This document shows positions 1 through 6,456 of a stretch of DNA of 32,000 nucleotides, one piece after another. The notes beneath the pieces are model-generated. The model had not been told where the DNA came from. It made no database searches and saw only the letters and a list, made by a program, of their open reading frames with translations. Made by a program: the position numbers and the translations under genes. Position 1 is the first letter of the stretch, and each line of letters begins with the position of its first letter. Source of the stretch: Candidatus Jordarchaeales archaeon (lineage in GTDB: Archaea > Asgardarchaeota > Jordiarchaeia > Jordiarchaeales > Freyrarchaeaceae); contig JAWAHN010000001.1 of NCBI GenBank assembly GCA_038889235.1, positions 884,499 to 916,498 on the forward strand, read 5' to 3'.

Positions 1-1
1 G

Positions 2-430
2 ATCCCCATTTTTTGTCCAGCGATAACTGACTCGATTCTAGGACTGCAAATGTGGCTTTTTTCTCAAACGAGCGCATTGAAGCTGGATGTGCTGGAAGAC
101 CTTCACAAAATAATAAATATAGCATACGACGCAAAAAAATCGGGGGCGTTCTTCCTGGGGGGTGGTGTACCGAAAAACCACATTTTGCAGGCCATGTTGA
201 TAACGGGCAAAGGCTTTAATTACGCAGTTCAGATAACGCTTGACAGACCGGAGACTGGGGGGTTAAGCGGAGCGACACTAAATGAAGCAAAATCTTGGGG
301 TAAAATTGCTAAAGACGCTGTAACTGTTGATGTGATAGCGGATGTAACAATAACACTTCCTTTGATATTTTCAGCGCTCAAGGAAAAGCTGGGAGGAAAT
401 ATCTCGCGGAAAGGAAGAAAAGTGATTTAA
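2..430 (+). CDS. dys: Deoxyhypusine synthase, C-terminal part (5' end outside window)
   Basis: Frame is open from nt 2 (IPIFCPAITDS). Motifs LGGGVPKNH, YAVQIT, GGLSGATLNEAKSWGK including the active-site Lys. Confidence 0.95.
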   Translation: MPIFCPAITDSILGLQMWLFSQTSALKLDVLEDLHKIINIAYDAKKSGAFFLGGGVPKNHILQAMLITGKGFNYAVQITLDRPETGGLSGATLNEAKSWGKIAKDAVTVDVIADVTITLPLIFSALKEKLGGNISRKGRKVI

Positions 431-436
431 AGGTTC

Positions 437-1756
437 TCAGGGAAAGTGCCAAGGGTTAACCAGCGTTTTTGGAGGAGTGTTTATTTTGTTTATGCGACTG
501 TACGGTCTTGTCAGGTGGCGTTGAGCTCTAGGTGGGGGGATGTATAGGGATTCACTTAAATTGCGGTTTAATGTAACGACTATTTTTTCAGCGAAAAATT
601 TTTCTCCACATTTTTTACACTTAAAGCCTTGTCCTTTCCCAGCGGATGAAGCTCTTTTCCCGCAGCGCGGACAGAAAGGATTAAATGTTTTTACCAGGGG
701 AGCCAGCTTGACTATCTCTATTTTTTCTATGTTTAATGTTTGGGGGTGAAGGGGAGAGGGGGGGCGAATGCCCCCGTAAATTCGGACAATGTCTCCCGGA
801 ATTAGGTCTAGTACGACCTTTCTGAAATCTCCTGTCGGCTCGTATGCAGCACAATTTATTTCTCCCGTTTCGTCCCGTACTTTAAAATAGACATGCCCTC
901 CCTGGGCTATTACAGGCTTGGATGACACTACACCTTCAATCACCGCAGACATGTAAGGGCGAAGTTCATTTACCTTGCGTTTAACACACAAGTGAGCGTC
1001 AGTTCCTTGATTCGAACGGAAGATAACCCACCGCTCTATCGGCTCGTAAACCTTTACGATAGCATGTGCCTTTAACAAAATTTCTGGGGATTCACCACGT
1101 ATCCCGTAGAGGACAGGGTCTGGGCCATGTGGTGTTATGAGAATGCGGTCTCCGTCGATGTTGTTAAACGTGTTAGGTTTCGTTAATCGATCCATCTCCC
1201 TTACCGACTCAGCGTCTACCTTTCTCGGTTTCCCCCAATTTTCAGGCTTCCTATATGTGATTAACTCGTAAGTATGGTCCCCCTCCAACTTTTCACCAAT
1301 AGCTGCAAGGGCTCCTATAATTCCACGCCCTTCACTCTTGAATGTATGAATTTCAACACCACATCTTTCAGCCGTTCGTAGGGCATCATTTAAATCAACC
1401 ACGTCGTGTAAAGCTTTCTCCGATAAATTCTTGAGTTCTGATGGAACTTCTCCAAGCAAAAAAGCAACACCCGGCTCTGTTTCGGTAGAAGAAAGGTCGG
1501 CAAGACGGCGCACTTCTTTTAGAACAAGCTCTTTAACCTTTTCAATGTTTTCTCTTTCAACGTCAAGTCTCAAGCAAACACAGCCGTTCCCTCTCGTCTT
1601 AAAAGGGATGTTTGGGTTCAATCTTATAAGAAGAGGATAATCCACAAACTTGACCCCAAACTTTGAAAGATGCTCAACTAAAACAGCACAAATATAAGTC
1701 GTGCATCCCCCCCTAAGAGAGTCCGTATCGTCGAACCCTACATGAAGCAGAACCAT
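437..1756 (-). CDS. tiaS: tRNA(Ile2) 2-agmatinylcytidine synthetase
   Basis: N-terminal GFDDTDS..GGCTTY, RLNPNIPFKTRGNG, SNQGTDAHL, OB fold (AAYEPTG) and C-terminal Zn ribbon (CPRCG...CKKCG). Confidence 0.95.
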   Translation of the reverse strand: MVLLHVGFDDTDSLRGGCTTYICAVLVEHLSKFGVKFVDYPLLIRLNPNIPFKTRGNGCVCLRLDVERENIEKVKELVLKEVRRLADLSSTETEPGVAFLLGEVPSELKNLSEKALHDVVDLNDALRTAERCGVEIHTFKSEGRGIIGALAAIGEKLEGDHTYELITYRKPENWGKPRKVDAESVREMDRLTKPNTFNNIDGDRILITPHGPDPVLYGIRGESPEILLKAHAIVKVYEPIERWVIFRSNQGTDAHLCVKRKVNELRPYMSAVIEGVVSSKPVIAQGGHVYFKVRDETGEINCAAYEPTGDFRKVVLDLIPGDIVRIYGGIRPPSPLHPQTLNIEKIEIVKLAPLVKTFNPFCPRCGKRASSAGKGQGFKCKKCGEKFFAEKIVVTLNRNLSESLYIPPPRAQRHLTRPYSRINKINTPPKTLVNPWHFP

Positions 1757-1785
1757 AAAGATTCCTCTGCTAAAAAAGGAAGAGA

Positions 1786-2025
1786 TTAAGGTTTTCCTTC
1801 GGCAACTATCAAAGTTAGTGTCGAAACCACTCCTTTTATTCGCCTTATCTGCCAGATAACCGTCTCTTTCAGTTTCTCCATCGACTCGGTCTTTACTTTA
1901 ACTAAAATGTCATATACACCATAGAGAAGGTAGGCTTCAATAACACCTTCGATTTGGGAGACCGCTTTCAGGACAGTTTCTTCGTTTGCCGGTTCCGTGT
2001 TAACAAGAACAAACGCAGTAGGCAA
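1786..2025 (-). CDS. Stand-alone Lrp/AsnC ligand-binding (RAM) domain protein
   Basis: 79 aa, AFVLVN...YGVYDILVKV...IRRIKGVVSTLTLI pattern. TTG start with GAGGTG SD. Confidence 0.85.
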   Translation of the reverse strand: MPTAFVLVNTEPANEETVLKAVSQIEGVIEAYLLYGVYDILVKVKTESMEKLKETVIWQIRRIKGVVSTLTLIVAEGKP

Positions 2026-2129
2026 TCGTGTTCACCTCTCTTTCAGACTTCTATTAAAACTTAGAGATTCACTTTACTTATATAGCTCTTTTTCAACAAG
2101 TTCTCACAAAAAAGGAAGGATGAACTATT

Positions 2130-2639
2130 TTGAGGAACTCAAGAAAAATATTAGTCTATCACGAAAGAAAGTGTGATCCAAGAAAATGTACTGCTTTAAA
2201 ACTCGCTAAACTAGGGAAAGTTACGATCATCGAGAAAATAGCGAACATACCGCACAACTGCATCATTCTAAATCCACTTTCGCAGATAGCCCTATCGCCT
2301 GCAGATAAAGATATTTTCGAAACAGGAGGGCTCGTTGCTGTCGATTGTTCCTGGAACAAGTTGAGCAACATTTTCCGCAGCATTAAGGGGACGCACAGAG
2401 CGTTACCATATCTAGTTGCCGCTAACCCAGTAAATTACGGTATTCCCACAAAGCTTAGTACGGCGGAAGCTATTGGAGCCGCCCTATACATACTCGGATT
2501 TAAAGAGGAAGCGAAAAGCATTCTTGGTTGCTTTAAATGGGGACCAAACTTCTTCACTTTAAACCATGAACTGCTAGAAGCTTATTCTCAAGCCAAAAAC
2601 AGCACAGAGATAATTGAAATTCAAAGCGAGTTTATATGA
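2130..2639 (+). CDS. tsr3: 16S rRNA aminocarboxypropyltransferase Tsr3
   Basis: CDPRKCTALKL, VDCSW, RALPYLVAANPVNYG, LSTAEA, FKWGPNF motifs. Confidence 0.95.
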   Translation: MRNSRKILVYHERKCDPRKCTALKLAKLGKVTIIEKIANIPHNCIILNPLSQIALSPADKDIFETGGLVAVDCSWNKLSNIFRSIKGTHRALPYLVAANPVNYGIPTKLSTAEAIGAALYILGFKEEAKSILGCFKWGPNFFTLNHELLEAYSQAKNSTEIIEIQSEFI

Positions 2640-3048
2640 GGCGGCGTGCCAGGAGTAACCCACCTTCTGTTGGGAGGACCGCCGTCGCCGGCGGCCTCCT
2701 GGCGGCATTCGGCTAAGCGCCCTACCCGCCGCCTCCCGTGGGCATCATCGGCAGCCTATTTGGGCTTTCAACCTCCGAGGCCGGCCGTTTCAACGATCCC
2801 ACTTGCGTCCTCGGCGGGTTAACTCGGCGCTTGTTGCCAAGCGCCTTCTCGGGAGATTTCCCCCCCTCAGCCGCCTCATCGCCATATTGCAAGTGGACGT
2901 GTCGTTTGCAGCCTTACCAATGGTTTCTGCTCCGGAGCCGGGCCTCTCGGCCCGCGCCTCGCGGCGCTCGGATCCCACGGTGGTTGGGTGGAGTTTCCTC
3001 AGCGCCCTTTTCAGGCGCCGTGGGCCGCCCTCTGGCTCGCCGCCTCAT
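2636..3048 (-). ncRNA. rnpB: RNase P RNA (archaeal type A-like)
   Basis: The minus strand carries the CR-I motif GAGGAAACUCCAC and CR-V AACAGAAGGUGGGUUACU, plus GCAGAAAC and UGAAACGGC. The P1 terminal stem is AUGAGGCGGCG...CGCCGCCUCAU. GC-rich island of ~413 nt. Confidence 0.93.
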
Positions 3049-3071
3049 GTAATAGTTAAACTGGCTTTTCG

Positions 3072-3086
3072 GAATTAAACTTTTCC
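3072..3086 (-). promoter_or_regulatory. BRE/TATA promoter of rnpB
   Basis: Minus strand GGAAAAG-TTTAATTC lies ~30 nt upstream of the P1 5' end. Confidence 0.6.
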
Positions 3087-3091
3087 TAACT

Positions 3092-3535
3092 TTAGGCTAT
3101 ACGTCTAGCTTTGGGGAAAAAGTTTACCAACCTTCCATTTCTCGCCAACCCGCACCCCAGAAAGTCGTTCTTTGACTTGTCTTTCACTATGACGTAACCT
3201 TCAAAGTTTGGGGGGATGGGTATGTCCTCTCCTTTCAACCATTTCTCCGCTAGCGAACTGTCTATTTCGATCACATTTTTCGTGGCTTTTGCGCCTATTA
3301 TTTGGGATCCTTCAATAGATAACCTTATTGTATTCATTCCATTAAAAGGTTCTAATGTTGCAAAGTATATCCCCGCAGAAAGTACTTTCTTTTCTTCTAT
3401 TTTTTTGAGTAGGTTCTCTGAAACGGCACGCACCTTCCTCTTACCAGAAAGTATGAATCTTATCCCACTAATCTTAGGAACACCAAACTGAGTGTAAAGC
3501 TGCTGCCAAATTTGCTCCTCAAATTCTTCGTTCAA
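3092..3535 (-). CDS. NIP7-like PUA-domain ribosome biogenesis / RNA methyltransferase-associated protein
   Basis: IRLSIEGSQIIG..ATKNVIEI...KWLKGEDI...GYVIV...LGCG pattern. Immediately downstream of the RsmB/NOP2-family gene. Confidence 0.75.
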   Translation of the reverse strand: MNEEFEEQIWQQLYTQFGVPKISGIRFILSGKRKVRAVSENLLKKIEEKKVLSAGIYFATLEPFNGMNTIRLSIEGSQIIGAKATKNVIEIDSSLAEKWLKGEDIPIPPNFEGYVIVKDKSKNDFLGCGLARNGRLVNFFPKARRIA

Positions 3536-3541
3536 ACTTCA

Positions 3542-4499
3542 TCACCTTTCTTTCTTTATCCTAGCGATGAAAAAGGCGTCAGTGTGATTATCATGCGGGT
3601 ATATTCGCGCACAATTCTCTACGTTTGGATGGAAGGTTTTCCCCTCGAACTCTGTCAAACCAGTATGAAATTTAAGTCCCTTAACATCGAAATACTCAAC
3701 ACGCGCCTTCTCTTCTCGAGAGAGGAGATAGTTAACTACTGCCTCGTTTTCAAGCGGGTGTATGCTGCACGTCGAGTAGACGAGGATGCCGCCGGGCTTT
3801 AGCATTTTAAAGCCGGCAATTAGAAGTTCTCTCTGGAGAAAGTGAAGGGCTTTTATTTTCCCCTTAGTGAAGCTCGGAGGACGCTTGCTTAATAAATGTC
3901 CTGTCGATGAACACGGCGCGTCGACGAGAACTTTGTCAAATTCTTCTTTGAATACCAAGGGGAGCTTTCTGCCGTCAGACATCGTTATTGCCGTATTCAA
4001 CACACCGCATAATTGTATATTGAAGCCTAGCGAAGAGATCCTTTTAAGAGATACGTCGTTTGCAATTATAACTCCTTCATTTCTCATAAGTTGAGCCATT
4101 TGAGTGGTCTTTGACCCTGGAGCCGCACAAAGATCTAATACGTAATCTTCTGGTCTTAGTTCTAGGAAAAGCGGGGGGATCATGCTCCCCCCCTCCTGTA
4201 CATAGACGTATCCTAATGCGCGTTCGTATGCCACCAGCGGTAACGGGTTTTCTCTTGGTTCAATAACTCTAAATCCTTCCTCGAAACCAGCTTAGGGGAG
4301 AGAGACTCACGCCCTTTTCACTTAACCGTCTTACTACCTCAAACACCGGCTTTTTTAAAGTATTCACTCGGATAAAGAACTCAGGAAAGCGCTTCATACA
4401 AGCGAAAACTTCGCCAGCTTCTTCGCCGAGAAGCGAAGTATAAAGATCAACTATCTCTGGAGGGATGTAGGAAGATTTCATGTCAATTTCACCCGCCAT
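3542..4499 (-). CDS. RsmB/NOP2 (NOL1/Sun) family RNA m5C methyltransferase, interrupted by a single +1 frameshift at ~4284-4286
   Basis: ORF 4269-4499 (IRVNTLK) and ORF 3542-4234 (YVQE, DLCAAPGSKT, DAPCS, YSTCS) join as ...LSW-F-EEGFRV... if one T of TGG TTT CGA is skipped. The joined product is ~318 aa. Confidence 0.88.
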
Positions 4500-4523
4500 G
4501 TCCTCCAGTCGTTAAGTTTTAAT

Positions 4524-4721
4524 TTAGAGACCTAATGAGACAAGGAAAATGTGTATCCCGACCCCCAAACAAAGGGAAGCTATAAGTGCAGAAATCAAGA
4601 GTTTTTTGAAGCTTTGTTCTGGATCTCTCAGGGCGAGTATGAACCATAATCCCGAAGCTAACCCTATTAAGAGTAACAGGTATCCAACCCATACTGGAAT
4701 TTCCCATGGCGCGACGAACAT
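4524..4721 (-). CDS. Small hypothetical membrane protein (2 predicted TM segments)
   Basis: 65-aa ORF with two hydrophobic stretches, co-oriented with its neighbours. Confidence 0.6.
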   Translation of the reverse strand: MFVAPWEIPVWVGYLLLLIGLASGLWFILALRDPEQSFKKLLISALIASLCLGVGIHIFLVSLGL

Positions 4722-4745
4722 CGTTCCACCTGCCTTCCTACCTTT

Positions 4746-5462
4746 TCAGATGGATTTTATTTTTCCTTTGTATGCCAATATGCTTTGGATCAACATTGAG
4801 GCGCCTAGTATAGCTGTCGTGCTTGGAAGCACATTGAAAAAGCTCAAGGAGAGTAACGTTCCTCCCAAAGTTAGAGACAAATTAGATCCCTTGCTTCCTT
4901 TTCTGTGGAAAGAAGGCTTCTTAGAGCGCAGCAGATACATTTCTATTTCTTTTGCATTAAGACGATGTGAGAGTAATTTGACAAGTTTGTTTTTCTTCCA
5001 CTTTATCGATGCAATCTCCATGTGGCGTTTCGCTAAGTTATATAGCTGAACACGTGTAAGCTGGTATAACATTTGCTCTTTTACGCTGAAAGTTTTTGTT
5101 GCAGGCTTACCTTCAATAAGTGCAGAACACGAGAGGTAGAGAGTTAAGAACGCTATCACAAGGCTTGGGGTTGCAGCCACGAAGCTTGGGAAAGAGATGA
5201 GCGCATTGCTCCAGACAAACAGTGTTCCAGCCGCGATGGCTAGTATCACAATGCCGTAAAATAGTAGGTCTATAAAGGCGAAGGAGCACGCTTTTCTGAG
5301 GACATAGCTTAGACCTGTAAGCGAAATCGTTGCACCTATTGTGGTCGTCAACAAGGATTCATAAGAAACCATGAAGCCAGTAGTCTGCAAAAGTAATCCC
5401 GTTAATAGGAGCGCCCACATCTGTTTTAACGGCGTAAAATCACCGATAAGCTTCTCCCACAT
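4746..5462 (-). CDS. Hypothetical multi-pass membrane protein with a Rho_N/HeH-like helical motif
   Basis: About four N-terminal TM segments, then LTRVQLYNLAKRHMEIASIKWKKNKLVKLL, then a C-terminal hydrophobic hairpin. Start set at ATG 5462 (GAGGTG SD). Confidence 0.65.
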   Translation of the reverse strand: MWEKLIGDFTPLKQMWALLLTGLLLQTTGFMVSYESLLTTTIGATISLTGLSYVLRKACSFAFIDLLFYGIVILAIAAGTLFVWSNALISFPSFVAATPSLVIAFLTLYLSCSALIEGKPATKTFSVKEQMLYQLTRVQLYNLAKRHMEIASIKWKKNKLVKLLSHRLNAKEIEMYLLRSKKPSFHRKGSKGSNLSLTLGGTLLSLSFFNVLPSTTAILGASMLIQSILAYKGKIKSI

Positions 5463-5718
5463 ACCTCCCCACCTCAGAAAGGAATACACTAACAGTGAAT
5501 ATGAGTTTAGTTTTCGGGAAAGAGGTAATGAAGACTAAGGAACAAAGGGACGCTATTTTTTGGAGCGATTTAACCTCTCGAATTTCCACGTTTCAGTTTA
5601 GGTAATCATTAGTTCAGTGATGAGTGGAGAAGGTACCTTATAAAAGTTTTCTGTTCTAATTTTTAGGGAACGCTCTACGTAAGGTGTGTTGAGTACAAGT
5701 TGAGCACTCAATGGAGAT

Positions 5719-5734
5719 ACGCAAAGTTCAAATA
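5719..5734 (+). promoter_or_regulatory. Putative BRE/TATA promoter of the H/ACA RNA
   Basis: ACGCAAAG-TTCAAATA lies ~30 nt upstream of G5758, where the GC-rich structure begins. Confidence 0.5.
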
Positions 5735-5757
5735 AATAGGATTCGTTAAGAGTAACT

Positions 5758-6064
5758 GGGCTCCCCGTCGAGGGCTAGCTGACTGCCCATAGACGGGTGT
5801 GAATGAAGCTTAGAGCAAGAGGGGAGCTACACATTACGAAGGGGAAGGGCGCCGCGTAAAAACCCACTTGAACGGGCCCTCATCGAAAAAAGGGCGTTAA
5901 GCCCTAAAGATGAGGTGGGGCTTACCCAGGTGGGGGACAGCGGCCTGGAACGCCGGGTAGGTGGCTCCCAGGTCTGAGAGCACGGTTGAGAGGGGCGTAT
6001 GCTCCGCTGTGAAACCGTGTGTTAGTTACCTAGGGAACACCGGCGTTCCCCTTCCCCTTCAACA
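5758..6064 (+). ncRNA. Multi-hairpin box H/ACA pseudouridylation guide RNA (3 hairpins plus clamp helix)
   Basis: Hairpin 1 (5759-5831) and hairpin 3 (5966-6039) each have a P1 stem followed by ACA, an internal pocket and a K-turn. Their pockets pair with the 23S at 12304-12317 and 11730-11741. Hairpin 2 (5863-5939) is similar but has no assigned target. Confidence 0.85.
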
Positions 6065-6082
6065 AATAACACCTCTAACATG

Positions 6083-6098
6083 ATAGAAACCTTAAAAA
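6083..6098 (+). promoter_or_regulatory. BRE/TATA promoter of the aIF-1A gene
   Basis: ATAGAAAC-CTTAAAAA lies upstream of the SD GGGGTGAGG and TTG start at 6142. Confidence 0.5.
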
Positions 6099-6141
6099 TC
6101 TGATGCGAGTCAGTTTAAAGGTGTCGGGGTGAGGGACAAGA

Positions 6142-6456
6142 TTGCCTAAAAGAAAAGAGAAGGAAGAGATGCTTGAGGTAAAGGATGTAAGAATACCCAT
6201 GGAAGGGGAAGTTTTAGGCGTAGTTGAGAGGATGGTTGGCAATGATAGGCTTATTGTTAACTGTGCGGATGGCAAAACCAGGCTTGCAAGGATTAGGGGG
6301 AAATTCAAGAAGAAGGTTTGGATAAAAAATGGGGATGTCGTGCTAGTAGCTCCCTGGGATTTTCAGGACGACCGAGCAGATGTTATATGGAGATACAGTG
6401 AGGGAGAGGTTAAATGGTTGAAAAGTAAAGGATATCTTAATGGTTTAGAAGTTTAA
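6142..6456 (+). CDS. eif1a: Translation initiation factor aIF-1A
   Basis: EGEVLGVVERMVG..RLIVNCADGKTRLARIRGKFKKKVWIKNGDVVLVAPWDFQDDRADVIWRY. Confidence 0.96.
   Translation: MPKRKEKEEMLEVKDVRIPMEGEVLGVVERMVGNDRLIVNCADGKTRLARIRGKFKKKVWIKNGDVVLVAPWDFQDDRADVIWRYSEGEVKWLKSKGYLNGLEV

Noticed and set aside
2738-3078. ORFs 2738-3052, 2790-2978 and 2803-3078
   Set aside because: They overlap the RNase P RNA and are GC-rich artefacts.
5590-5640. Box C/D sRNA (GTGATGA on +, two CUGA on -)
   Set aside because: The boxes are not in the right order or spacing on one strand, and no guide target was found.
5838-6060. MITE or IS remnant with terminal inverted repeats
   Set aside because: There is no target-site duplication and no nearby transposase, and the interior is accounted for by H/ACA hairpins.
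5758-6064. SRP (7S) RNA, because the length is ~300 nt
   Set aside because: Neither strand has the helix-8 CCAGG-CCGGAAGG-AGCA motif or an Alu domain. K-turn/ACA hairpins with 23S-matching pockets explain the region better.
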